Of a stretch of 64,000 bases of DNA, positions 14,126 to 27,765 are shown piece after piece. A program made the position numbers and the translations under genes. The stretch is from contig OX597840.1 of NCBI GenBank assembly GCA_951406725.2, forward strand, positions 37,386,001-37,450,000. Reading direction: 5' to 3'. Each line of letters starts with the position of its first letter. Within the stretch, counting starts at the first letter, position 1. Source of the DNA: Octopus vulgaris. Its lineage: Eukaryota. The notes under the pieces are model-generated. The model was not told where the DNA came from, did not search any database, and saw nothing but the letters and a program-made list of their open reading frames with translations.

Positions 14126-15249
14126 CACACACATGCGCACACACGTACACACATACAAACATACAAACATACACACACATACATATACACATATACACAT
14201 ACATACACATACACACATATATACATATACACATATATACATACATACATATATAATTTAGAGAGAAAAACTCTATTAAGCAATTCAATGGTGAAAGACG
14301 TTATTCACACGAAATAGAAAAAAATATATATTCTAAAAAAACTTATTCTAAAAATCAATAAAGTACATAAACAATAAATAGCAAATGGTAGTAATAAATA
14401 TAAATACACATACACGTACACATGGACGCACAACCCTCCATACCCATATATACATACACAAATACCTACACAAATACATACACATATATATACACATATA
14501 CACACACATATACATACACAAATACACACACATATACATACACAAATACATACATACATAAATACATAATACATATATAAATACATACACAAATGTATAC
14601 ATAAATACATGCATAAATACAAACATATATAAATACATGCACATTCATACAAGTGATTCATTGACTATAGTGATTAACTGAACGTAATTAAGCGTTCACT
14701 TAATCACTATACATGTCCATCGTATTCTGTTAAAATGTCTAATTGATGAGTTTCATTTCTTCATTTCCCGGAAGAGAAGATTACATTGTTTTACACCATT
14801 TTATACCTTTGAAATAATACCAGTGATATCTTCGAAACATGTGTCGGAAGTAAATGTATTTGAATAACACTTGCGTTTAACTCCATTCATTCATTTATAC
14901 ATATTCTACAAGATATTTTACGTAAACTCGGAGTTTCTACCTTTAAAAAGAAGGAGTTACGCCCTTTTTACTTGTGCAATCTTTTGCTACCCTGGGAACT
15001 ATTTATTTTTCTATGTGAATTGTTAACAAGGGAAAAGTACACAAATCTATTTATATATACATACTTACATATATACACACACGCACACAGACAAACAGAC
15101 ACACATACACGCATATATACATATGTACATACATACATATATGCATATACGTAGCTATACATACACACATACATATATATACGTACAAACAAACATGCAT
15201 ATACATATATACAAGCAAACACATAAATACATACAAACATGCACACACA

Positions 15250-16167
<918 letters not shown>

Positions 16168-16797
16168 TACAGATAGATAGATAGACAGACAGATCGATCG
16201 ATCGGTAGATAGATAGATAGATAAAGTCGTAAATATACAGACAGTTTGATAAATAAGTCGCTAAGTAGGTAGGTAGACGGATAGATGAATTGGTTGATAG
16301 ATAATATGAGAGAAAAAACTGAAGTTTTACACCTGACAACATTGTGATAGCTAAAAGTATTTTACCATTAAAGCATTTCATAAGACTTCAGTATTGTCTA
16401 TTCCGACTATGGTTGGAGAAAGTTTTTTTTTTAATATAAAAAAAATGCACTTCTGATTAAGGTCCCCAGATTTCACATTGTTTAGCTGAGTTACTTCCCC
16501 TTAACTAGTTCCACTGATGAAGGAAAAAAAATCAACGTGAAAAGTAAAATGAAGAAGACACGAAATATAAAAGAACAGAATGAGAACAAATATGGAGTTA
16601 TATGTGTTTGATAAATCGCTAATAATGGAAGTACGGTTGGGCTATGAACGTATTAGCAATGAGGCGGGTGGGGGGATTGAGAAATGGAATAAAGAATAGG
16701 AATTCAGAATGAATGAAAGCCAATCTGCGTCCAAGTTTCAACACGTGGACATCCGAGTGTGTTTATATATAAATCCATACATACACGCACACACACG

Positions 16798-16845
<48 letters not shown>

Positions 16846-17646
16846 TGTGTGTGTGTGTGTGTGTATAAGTATATTTGCAGACAAATTTGCATCGAGTAAT
16901 TAAATTATTTTTATATTAGAAAATAAATGACTTGATTAAAACGGTTTAATCTTCTATGAATTAATTATTTTCTGCTAGTTATTATTTAAACTATTTTCAT
17001 TATACTAAACTGTCTTCCATCGTTTTCGCTTAATATCTTTAATTCGGATATATATATGTTTCGTAATTGTCTAATTGTTTTTGAACTAATTCGCTTATTG
17101 AACTAATTCGCTATTAGCATTTCTATTGCATTGCGTAATAAACGATCTTATTAATTTATTTGTTTATTAATTATATGTTTCCACTTTTTTCCATTGTTAT
17201 ATTCTGAGAGTAAATATTTTTTTCCGGGTCAGATTGACTTTCGTTCTTCTGGGTGTCCATAATATAAGTAGCAGTCAAATACTGAGTTTGATGTTATCGA
17301 CTGCATACAATCCTGAAAACTCTCGGATGAAATACTCTCAACGTATCGGACCTTTTCCGACAGGTGCATGATTGAAACTGAGGCAGTGGAAAGGTCCGGC
17401 ATTTTTGGCCCCCGGACCATATCCCTATCTGAGCAGAGATTGCTGTCTGGAAGTGCGAGCTCCGTAAATCAGAGACGCTGTTCCAGCGAATCTCCCACGC
17501 TATCCTCGGGTACATCGCCTTTTCCATTTGGTCTGCTGGTGCTGTAGGATTCCACCTTCCTTATTTCTCTTCTCCTTATTTCAGTAATCAATTCTATTAA
17601 TTATTTCAACAAGCTCAGCCTTCAAGTCAGTCAGTATTCATATTGT

Positions 17647-17867
17647 AGTTCTATATGGCGTAGTGGTTAAGAGCGCGGGCTACTAACCCCAAGATTCCGA
17701 GCTCGATTCTAGGGAGTGACCTGAATAATCGAAAAATAGCATAGGAATGAGAACCCAGGTTCGAAATTTCCCCAAGACACCTGATGAAGGCTGGAGGGTA
17801 TATCAGCCGAAACGTTGTGTTAACAACAAACAAGATGAGGACAAATATCCACCAAATGTAAATAAGC
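17647..17867 (+). mobile_element. Full-length tRNA-derived SINE (family E) carrying a minimal hammerhead ribozyme
   Basis: A-box TGGCGTAGTGG, anticodon-like loop GGG-CTACTAA-CCC, B-box-like GAGCTCGATTC; 11-bp TSD ATTCATATTGT at 17636-17646 and 17868-17878. Confidence 0.85.
17776..17821 (+). ncRNA. Minimal type I hammerhead ribozyme (Penelope-type)
   Basis: Stem I GACAC(17776-80)/GTGTT(17817-21); core CTGATGA-A; stem II GGCTG/CAGCC with 10-nt loop; GAAA; palindromic loopless stem III ACGT; cleavage triplet GUU (after 17816). Confidence 0.8.
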
Positions 17868-17924
17868 ATTCATATTGTTCTCTATGGTTCTGTTATAGTG
17901 TCACTTATAACCTTTTACATTTTT

Positions 17925-18147
17925 CTGGTGTAAGTCACTGTACTGAGGCCATATTGGAGCACCGCCTCGATGGAATCAATGAACCAAATTGACTCCAGTT
18001 TTTATATTTTTATATTTGGCACATATTTTATCAACCTTTTTTGTTGAACCTCCAATTTACACGGACGTAAACAATCATTTTTCCATTAGAGAAAGGAAAA
18101 AGGGAACAATACACACAAAGACACATTTATAAACACACACACACACA

Positions 18148-18186
<39 letters not shown>

Positions 18187-18350
18187 GCGTGTGTGTGTGT
18201 GAATAACTTCGGTTTCCGTCTGCCAGATCTAATAACAAAGCTTTGGTCACTTGGAAGCAACAGAAGACATTTGCCCAATAAGCCGTGCAGTGGGATTGAA
18301 CCCAGAGCAAACTATTTACAAAGCGAACTTCTAAACCAAACATGCTTGCC
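17925..18350 (-). mobile_element. Decayed SINE family C with internal (CA)/(TG) microsatellite
   Basis: GGCCATATTGGAGCACCGCC, AGAAGACATTTGCCCAA and GCAGTGGGATTGAACCC match family C in reverse. Confidence 0.65.
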
Positions 18351-18583
18351 TTTGAAGAGGAAGGGCATCATTAATTAACTATGCAATGATAGTTTGGTCG
18401 GTGGAGCATCGGGCACAACATTTTGTTCTGTTTCTGCCTTTCATAAGCTGAGCTGAAATCAACCTTGGGTCAGGTTTTACCGACATTCTTTAACGGTCGA
18501 TAAAATTAAATTACCAGTGAAATTCTGGATAGAAATATTAGCAGGAAAAGTTAATTGATTAATTCGTTAACAATTATTATTGC

Positions 18584-18897
18584 CATGACTGACCGTGGTC
18601 ATGACTGACCGTGGGATTGCACCTAGAATGTTACCCTCCCAGGCACACGGTCGGGCAAGGTTTTTTAGGCATACCGGCCTCCCCTCTCCACAGCACCAGT
18701 GTTATCCAAGGGAAAGGCAAAGGGGCCCATACAGCTTGGCACCTGTGACGTCGCAACTTATTTCTACTGCTGAGTGAACTGGAACAACGTGAAATAAAGT
18801 GTCTTGCTGAAGAACACAACACGCAGCTCGGTCCGCGATTCGAACTCGCAACCTCACGATCGTAAGCTCGACACTCTAACCACTGAGCCATGCACCT
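18584..18897 (-). mobile_element. tRNA-derived SINE family B (tail type 2)
   Basis: Minus strand AGGTGCATGGCTCAGTGGTTAGAG (A box), GAGTTCGAATC (B box); body shared with 26010-26295 and 45372-45697. Confidence 0.9.
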
Positions 18898-19029
18898 TCA
18901 AAATGTGTGTATGATAAGTAAACTAAAACGAAAATTTGCTGCGGTATTCGCTGATAAGAGATATCACATATGGACGTGCAGCGTTTCAGAAACACAGAAT
19001 TCACCGGAAGCAGACCAAACGTGTTTACA

Positions 19030-19192
19030 GCAGGGTTCTTTCAGTGTCCGTCTACCAAGTACACTCACAAAACTTTGTTCTCGCTGAGGCTATACCAGAA
19101 GACTCTTGGCCAAGGTACCATGCAGAGGAACTGAACCTGGAACCATGTGGTTTGGAAACAAATCTTTACCACAAAACAACACCTGCGCCTAA
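19030..19192 (-). mobile_element. SINE family C, 5' half
   Basis: TTCTTTCAGTGTCCGTCTACCAA...ACTGAACCTGGAACCATGTGG...CCTGCGCCT. Confidence 0.75.
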
Positions 19193-19871
19193 ATATTGAT
19201 GTATGTAAAGCTGCACTGACTTTAGCAAGCGTTTTGTTAATACAGCAGAGATCAAGCCATCGTCTCTTCTTTCGCTAATGATATACTAAAACAGTGAATG
19301 ACAACCCTGGGTTGTAAAAAGCTACCCGTCTGAATAAGCCGTTCTCTTTTTGTTTCCATTCTCTCTTTCAATCTATGCCTCTCTTTCTCTCTCTTCCTCT
19401 ACTTTCCTCTCACTCACACGGTTGAAGTCTTGTGCAATAAGCAGAACATCGTTCAACGAAATATCGCCGAGTGTTAAGCTTATCACGTTTTGCATTCTGA
19501 CGTCGCAATCCCGCTGAGGTAAAAAAGCGTCGGTTTCTCTCTTTGTGTCAGGTTAAATATATTACTAATTAAATATTGCTGGAGATACCGATATAATCGA
19601 TTGATCTTTTCCTAATTATTACCTCTGTGACAACATCATAATTCTGTCATCTCATATATAATTGGTGGCCTAATTAGAAGGTAGGATAGAATCCCTCGCG
19701 ACAGGAATTCAATATCTATCCAGATCAATGTGCTTTTTAAATAGCAAAGGAATGGTTTTGTGGTAAGAATCTTTCGGTTTGCTTCCTAATCACAGAGTCG
19801 TGATTTCTCTCTCGCTCAGCGGCATCTTGGGGCAGGTCTCTTTTTCTATAACCACGGTTCGATCAAACACG

Positions 19872-20030
19872 ACAAGGTGCTGAAAATATCCTCGCTTACA
19901 GAGTGTCGCGAAAGACCTCGTTAGACGCTCGATACTTTCGAGTCATTTGACAGGGTTTAGAAAACCTGAAGGAGCAGTGCATTAAGGGCGTGAACGTGAA
20001 AGGGGAATATGCTGAATAAAATCATAATTA
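19872..20030 (+). mobile_element. Internally deleted mariner relic
   Basis: GLENLKEQCIKGVNVKGEYAE* resembles the mariner C-terminus (..KCVEL.GEYVE*); TIR-like GGTGCTGAAAA upstream. Confidence 0.45.
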
Positions 20031-20034
20031 AATC

Positions 20035-20445
20035 AGGCGCGGGAGTGGTTGTGTGGTAAGTAGCTTGCTTACCAACCACATGGTTCCGGGTTCAGTCCCA
20101 CTGCGTGGCACCTTGGGCAAGTGTATTCTACTATAGCCTCAGGCCGACCAAAGCCTTGTGAGTGGATTTGGTAGACGGAAACTGAAAAGAAGCCCGTCGT
20201 ATGTATGTATATATATATATGTATGTGCGTGTATGTTTGTGTGTCTGTGTTTGTCCCCCTAGCATTGCTTGACAACCGATGCTGGTGTGTTTACGTCCCC
20301 GTGACTTGGCGGTTCGGCAAAAGAGACCGATAGAATAAGTACTGGGCTTACAAAGAATAAGTCCCGGAGTCGATTAGCTCGAGTAAAGGCGGTGCTCCAG
20401 CATGGCCGCAGTCAAATGACTGAAACAAGTAAAAGAGTAAAAGAG
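20035..20445 (+). mobile_element. Full-length SINE family C (tRNA-like head, CORE-like ACCTTGGGCAAGT, internal microsatellite, AAAAGAGT tail repeats)
   Basis: A-box-like TGGTTGTGTGG, B-box GGTTCAGTCCC; nearly identical to 28821-29213; 3' (AAAAGAGT)n. Confidence 0.9.
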
Positions 20446-21338
20446 TATATATATGTATATATATACACAATGCACATACACACCATATATACACATAGAT
20501 ATATATGTACACATATACATATATATACACATACACACACACCCCATATATACATATCTACACAAACACATACATATATAGATACACATATAGATACATA
20601 CACATGTATATACACACATGTATATACCCACACATATACATATATATACACACACACAAACATACCATATATGCATGTATATACACACACATACCATATA
20701 TACACAAACGCACATATACCATATATACATATATACACAAACAAAAACATACCATATAAACATATATACACAAACACAGTCATATACCATATATATACAT
20801 ACATATATAGTTTGATACTTCTACCATTCCACATCCGTTCTGACACACCTGCTTCTTTCTGGCACAAAACAATGATTTGCCTGTTTTAAGTGCTGCATAT
20901 ATCTTAAAGCATTTTTATGCCTGACAGATTTTCAAATTGATTTGACATTTGAATTTGTTGCTCTGAATCAGTTTTTTTTTCGTTTCGTCACTTAAACTTC
21001 TTATTTTATTGTTTTTGATGTTCATGTTGTTCTTCTTCTCCTCCGCTCACCCTTACTGCATTCTCTCTCTCTCTCTCTCTCTGTTATTTATTGCTTGTCC
21101 TTATATATTTTTTATGTTCATTTTACCAAATGCTATGAAGAAGCATTTTTCCATTAAGTGTGGCGGCCATATTTCTGAAGAAAAACATGCGAAAACCTTT
21201 GATTGACCATAAGTGTTTCGCCAAAGACAACCTGATCCCTTTGAGTGCAAACTGACGATTACATCAATGGTTCATATGTGTGCGGAATACACAGCCACGT
21301 AAGCTAAAATGCAATATGAATGTTGAAAAAGAAAACTT

Positions 21339-21635
21339 GGCACTCCGTCAGTTACGAAGGCGAGTATTCCATTTGATCCGATCAACGGGACGGCCTGCTC
21401 ATAAACTTAACATACAAGTGGCTGAGTATTCGACAGACGCAGAAACTCGTAACGTGATTCTCAGGGAGATTCAGCGTGAGAAGAAGGATGGCCCTTTCAC
21501 ATATCTGTACAACTCATGTTTACCAGGTGAGAGAACTGGAGCAACGGGACATGAAGTATTTTGCTCAAGGATACAAAGCTCCAGCAGGGAACGAACTCAC
21601 GACCTTGCTATTGTCAGCCGAATATCCTCGAACCC
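21339..21635 (-). mobile_element. Chimeric SINE: family B head plus family D tail
   Basis: GGCACTCCGTCAGTTACG...GATCCGATCAACGG (family D 3' end) joined to ACTGGAGCAACG...TTTTGCTCAAGG...CGAACTCACGACC (family B core and head). Confidence 0.7.
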
Positions 21636-23489
21636 TGCCCGTTAATACGACTTGGGTTCCAGGTGATCAGATCAACGGAACAGCCTTCTCCTGAAATTAA
21701 CGTGCAAGTGGCTGAGCCCGTCATCTTCCCGAGAATTGACTTCCAGCATAGTTTCGGGTATACCAAATACATCTTGACTGATGTCTGGTACACGGAAGAG
21801 AGAGCTGAATGTAGGATGTAGATACCGTCTTTGTTTTTGGGTGGCAGAGACTGCCACGGTTTTGCCCCGTCACTTAGATTTTCCGTCACTCTAGTGGAGT
21901 TCATTGTATTGTAAACAGAGAATGTATGTGTTAGCATGTCGACAAGCACTTCTATTCTCCCAACAAGAGCTAGATTGTGTCATTTACAATAAATCAGCCG
22001 TGAGCATTCCCTGTGAAGTAGAACAACAAGGTCAGTTCATTGAGTTGATCGACGTGCAGCAAATAACTGTCAAAACCTGTCTGCCACACGTTGCGCAGAT
22101 AATCACTTTGAAAAATCAAAAAATATGTAAATTATCATAAAAAAAACATGCCTTTTGATAGAATTGTATCCGTAAGGATTAGATTGCGTAACGCAATACC
22201 GCTAAATATAAGCATATCTGAAAAACAAATCATTTATTCCATCATTCTGACGTTCGTGCAATTTACTAAACACTTTGAAACCATTACATATTAATAACAC
22301 AAGATCTGCCCAAATATTTATCATATTTGTTGCAATAATTTCTCTCCATGTGGTCCACAATTCCACATTTGCTATTTGCTTACAATTTGGTTATTTCAAC
22401 AAAACTCAATGGCATGCAACAGATATATGCCGTTTCGCCGTTCAGTTTGCAGCTAATTTTACCAAAATTATTCTAGATTCTGCCTAATATACCACATTAT
22501 ATTGTGTTACATAAAATCTCCTCCCACCTTCCACACACTCCATCTCTCTACACACACACACACTCACTCTCTCTCTCTCATTTTCTATTTATCATTCTTG
22601 TTCTCATTCAGTCTCTCTTATTTTCCCCTCTCTCAATTTTAAACAGTTATTTACTTATTTTATATTCATATTGCACGATGGAGGAAAATATGTAAAGATA
22701 CGTATGTATATATGTGTGCGCGCAAATGTGTATTTATTTATGTAGCTCTGCTGTTTATCATATTTTACAATCATATATAACCACACTTATAGATACATAT
22801 GTAATCATAAATTTATACTTACACTCATAAATATGCGCGCGTGAGTGCTGTGTGTGTGTGCGACTGCTTATTGGCACTAATTGGCGAAGGTAGAAACCAA
22901 TTATCAGCCACATTCTGCTCACTTAAATGCAGTCGGTGGTCTTTTATTGTTCAGCGGTAATCTAATGACAATACTCGACATTTCTTTAGAACCGATATAA
23001 AACTAACGACAATAATTTTCGCTGTTAACGCAGAATTATCGCAGTTTTTTTTCGGTTTCTGTGAAGGAATAACAGAATGAAAGAATGGAAAAGAAAGAGA
23101 ATAGAATGGAATGAGCGTTAAAAAAATGGTAACTGACATGAATAAAAGTGCAGGTATCAGCTGTGGTCTTCAGTTTCTTTTGCAACAATGTAATTCTGGA
23201 TCGATCCCGCTGTGTACTGTTTTGGGAGAAGGACTTTCGTTATAAACAAACACACTTAAGTTTAATACACCTTATAGGGGGAAGAATGTTTGGTGTTCAG
23301 CTGGGAACTGTGCAGAATAGTGTCGTATATACATACATGCACGCACTCATACACACACATAAATATATGCAGATGACTTTAAAATTTGTTGGTGCAGAAG
23401 ACAAGACTGTGTCACAAAATGCAACGAGCAGAATGCATTTTGACTTGAGAAAATACCATAATACATAGGGATTTTCGGTGCTACATTCT

Positions 23490-23898
23490 TTCCGATCCCA
23501 TAACTAGTGAAGTTTTTTTAATTGCATGAACTAAAAGTCGGAGGGGGACGGGATAAACTACCTGCATCAACTTGATATAAAAGCAGGTAGTAAGTTTACC
23601 TTGTACTTATTCTTAGTGCAAGTTTTGAAGAGTGCAGTTCGATTTTAACTGCTATATTTTCAAAGCTATAATGGAAGTGACAAAGGAGCATATTCGGTAT
23701 ATTTTGCTTTATGAGTTCAATAAATGCATCAACGCAACGGAAAATGTGAAGAATATTAATGCAGTATATGGAGATCAGATGATAAGCATAAACCAGTATC
23801 AACGGTGGTTCCAGAAATTCCGAGCCGGAGACTACAGTCTAGAAGATCAGCCTCGTCCTGGAAGATTTGTAGAGTTCGACGAGAAAGTCCTGCAAACC
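23490..23898 (+). mobile_element. Mariner transposon 5' fragment (HTH domain of Mos1/SETMAR-like transposase)
   Basis: From ATG 23671: MEVTKEHIRYILLYEFNK..NINAVYGD...QRWFQKFRAGDYSLEDQPRPGR.VEFDE, the canonical mariner N-terminus; truncated at about 23898. Confidence 0.9.
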
Positions 23899-23974
23899 CA
23901 GTATCTTCTGCGCTTGATATTTTTATAGAGAACCCATTTCTCGCCGCCAGAGAATATTCCATTGAAAAGAACAC

Positions 23975-24535
23975 GGGACGATGGCAAGATTGAAAATAAA
24001 TCCGAAGAAATTAGTGAGTTTGCAGGAGACTGGGTTATTCCATCAAGCAGCGTAGTAGGTTGCTAACCAGACGCACCGATTCAATTCGTCTGAAGTTCTT
24101 TGATCTCGACCTCAAAGCGGACAGAAACTGGGACGAGGTTACAACCTGGGTGGCTTACTCACTCAGAAATGATCAGAAAAGTCGAGCAGAGTTAGTGAAT
24201 GCCTATATTATATCTGTAATAAAAACCATGTAACCGTTCGTTTCTTGTGGACTGGACGCCTTCCGCTAGTGAGGCGGAACACGTTCGTGCCCACAAGAAG
24301 CAACAGGGCCTTCAGAATTCGTAGCACTCATGCCGCGTCTGCTGCTGCAGAGACAAAATGAAGCTATGTCACCAACGCATTTTTCTGGACGCTGAGCTGC
24401 TGTGGTTTCGCTTTGTAAGACCTCTCTCCGCTGCTCCTCTCTTTGCCGCAGTTGCAGCCCTGGATGAAGAAAATACCCAAAACGGGCGCCTGACACCCGA
24501 ACTCTCGTCGAGTGTTCACCAGCCTCTACTGGTTG
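23975..24535 (+). mobile_element. Tx1/L1-clade LINE ORF2 relic (post-RT region)
   Basis: Frameshifted segments KINPKKLVSLQ, DLKADRNWDEVTTWVA, KSRAELVNAYIISVI and MPRLLLQR..LCH..IFLDAELLW follow the Tx1 pattern KIN.EKS.GL / EKNW..V / LSLKGRA.V.N / GGLG.P. Confidence 0.65.
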
Positions 24536-26009
24536 GTAGGAAGACAAATACATAAGAGAAACAAAGTAAACATGAAAACAAAAAGAGAAAAAGGAGTGGC
24601 TTGTTCAGGATAATTTGTTTCAAAGACAAGTTATTCCCAACACACACACACATACACTCACATGTATATATATATTATTTATATAAATGTAGACACATAG
24701 GTATATTTACGTATGCACACAGATATATGTGTGTGCGTGTATACGACTGCGTGTATGTTTATGCGTAAGTGTTAATAATGTTATTTGTGGAAATAAGTGA
24801 ATGCGTGTGTGTGTGTGTAAGAGTGTGTGTGTGTGTGTGTAAGTGTGTGTGTGTGTGTGTGTTGTATCTAATGGTAAATGTAAAAACAACGATGTTACTT
24901 AATGACTGTTATCAAAGTTCTGTTAATGACCATGATAATATTTAATAATAAATAATTACCGACATAATGGATGGATAAGGGGAGGAGGTGTCGGGATGGT
25001 GGAATAGAAATGAGGTGATCATCATCTACAACATCTGAATTAGCGTTGGTGCCATTGTTGTCCTGGTTATCACTACCGCAGCCGCCTTGAAGGCTAATTG
25101 ACACCATTAAATCAAAGGTTTGATCAGGGTTTTGCTCGTTTGTTTGGCCAGTCGAACAAATGTGTGGAGAAACGGCAGTTTTGGTTCATTGAGGGTTAGA
25201 CACATCTTACAAGTAACGGGCAACTTTTAAAGTCAAACAGATTGAACAGACGCAGACATACACGCATCCGCGCGCACACAACAACAAAGACAAGGAGAAT
25301 AACTACAATAACAATTGTAAAATCGTCCGTATCGTTAACGGCGTAGGATTTGCTTTCGGATATGTAACAACGTCTCAACTGGGATTTGAACACGATACGC
25401 TAGATGACTACTCCATGTAGAGAGTCTGACATTTATCAGCCGTTCAGCTATTTCAGCCGAAAGGCTGCAATTTGGCGTCTCTTTCTAGCAAAATTAGTGT
25501 CCACAAAAAGTTCCGTTATATACAATATATGTATAGATTAATTTCTGATGGCATTTAGAAAATAATTAAGATTTGATTTAAATTACATGGCTACCTCAAG
25601 TAAGTGGTAATGTGTAGATATCGACAGTTTGCAGTGAATGGACGTTGTAAAAACTCTAGAAGACGGATTGAAAGTAGCATAACTATGCCATCAAAAGTAA
25701 TGTTGCTGGAAGCAACCATCGTTGGTATTTGTTATTTATATATGAGAAGGTGTTTTCGTCACCTAGGGCTGGCATTACTCATTATGTGTCAAGTTTGAAG
25801 AGTCTATGACCATCTCGGGAACATAAGTGATGCATGTTCCCCGTATGAACGAAATCGGATGCAAAATATTGATTTTAGGGAGAGGGGTCAAGTAAAAGGC
25901 CTGTACACAAACACACACACACCTTCCGTTTGTTGAATATAAGATGATATATATATGTGTGTGTGTGTGTGAAGTATAAAGAAACCCTTTGCTCATCAAT
26001 AACATTGGT

Positions 26010-26294
26010 GTTGCACCTAGAAGGTGCCCCTCCGAGGCACAAGTCCGGGCACGATTGTTTATGGAAGGCCAACAGTCGCCCATGTATACCAGCCTCCCTT
26101 TTCCAAACCACTGATGTTATCCAAGGGAAAGGAAAAGGGGGCTGATACAGCTTGGCATCATTGACATCGCTGCTCATATCTACAGCAGAGTGAACCGGAA
26201 CAGCGCAAAATAAAAACACAACACACAGCTCGTTCCGGGAATCGAATTCACTTCCTCATGACTGCGAGCACGACGTGCTAACTACTGAACCATG

Positions 26295-26295
<1 letters not shown>
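26010..26295 (-). mobile_element. SINE family B (tail type 2)
   Basis: TTGCACCTAGAAG...TTATCCAAGGGAAAGG...GGGAATCGAATTCAC; homologous to 18584-18897. Confidence 0.85.
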
Positions 26296-26358
<63 letters not shown>

Positions 26359-26361
26359 ATT

Positions 26362-26408
26362 ATTATTACATAAGTACTTGATCATTCCAGATGCTGTGTT
26401 TTCAATCT

Positions 26409-26456
<48 letters not shown>

Positions 26457-26539
26457 TATCCATGTATGTATATATAATATATACAAGGTCTAAATACACA
26501 AACACAGCGTCTGGAATGATCAAGTACTTATGTAATAAT
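26362..26539. repeat. 40-bp inverted repeat enclosing a (TA)n tract (fold-back/MITE-like)
   Basis: 26362-26401 ATTATTACATAAGTACTTGATCATTCCAGATGCTGTGTTT is the reverse complement of 26500-26539 with one mismatch. Confidence 0.9.
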
Positions 26540-27029
26540 TCATAGCGCAAAAACATTTTAAAATACATTCAAACTTATGCGAAAAGAGGCAGAGAGGAAA
26601 ATATATAAAAATAACTGCGAAGTTTCTTGCGATTTTACGCAGATAGGAGCAGACATTTTTGAATAATGAGTATTCTTGGTAGAGAAGGGTAAGAATTTTT
26701 TTAACGCTGCAATTCGAAAGGTTTTTTTTTAATGAATATTGAAGCAGCAGAAATGAAACCGCGTATTATTTATTGATAACATATTTCAGATATTTACATT
26801 TATTCAATAAATGTAAACATATATTTATCGATATCGATCGCGTTTTCGATGCGAAATAAAATCTAAAAGAAATCTAAATATGCGAGGAAAAGATGGAAAA
26901 CTAAATAAATGTAAGGCTGTGGTGTATGTGTGTATACACACACACGTACATATACTTACATACATATATATGTATGCACATGTACATCATACATATGCAG
27001 GTATAAATGTGAGTGTGTATGTGTATATA

Positions 27030-27250
27030 TGAATAAATAAATATATATATATGTGTATAAATAAATATATATATATATATATATATATGTGTATATATGA
27101 ATAAATAAATATATATATATGTGTATATATAAATAAATTAATATATATATATGTGTATATATAAATAAATTAATATATATATGTGACTATATAAATAAAT
27201 AAATATATATATATGTGACTACATAAATAAATATATATATATATATATGT
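27030..27250. repeat. Minisatellite ATAAATAAAT(AT)nGTG
   Basis: About 6 tandem units of roughly 30 bp. Confidence 0.8.
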
Positions 27251-27765
27251 ATAGGCAGAAACTCAGACAACAACGTACGGATACATTTAGAAACACATAA
27301 ACGATTTCGCTTTTAATACTTTGCCAATCAATATAATAATTTGTGTTTTGTAGTAAAAATGAAATTTATTTTATTTCAGAATACGAGTTGAATAAGGTTC
27401 GAATCACCTACAAAATAAAGATTAAATATCATAGCAAAACAAACAGAAAGGACTTAAAATATGACTTCATTGTATTTCAGTGCAAGACTTCGTTATCGTG
27501 AACAAGATGTGACACACTGACACACACACACACACAGACAAACACACGCAGGCACGCACAACTATAGTTCGAGGTGGAGAAGTAGATAGAGATATGTATG
27601 CAGATTAATGTTTGAACAATGATGGCAACGAGTTTATAGCGATATAGTTAAATGAGAAACAACAGCAATAACCTTTTAAATATAGAACTGAACAGCAACA
27701 GCAACCAGAACAATAGCAAGACGAACGACAACAACAACAACAGACAGGACACAACAAGTTACGAA

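Noticed and set aside
17647-17720. tRNA gene calls for SINE heads (also about 18830-18897, 32881-32955, 39090-39164)
   Set aside because: A/B boxes are present but acceptor stems do not close, and each continues into a repeat body, several with TSDs
27402-27426. Second minus-strand AG|GT (TTTATTTTGTAG|GTGATT)
   Set aside because: Regenerated donor is weak (no +5 G) and the tract is short; common by chance in AT-rich DNA
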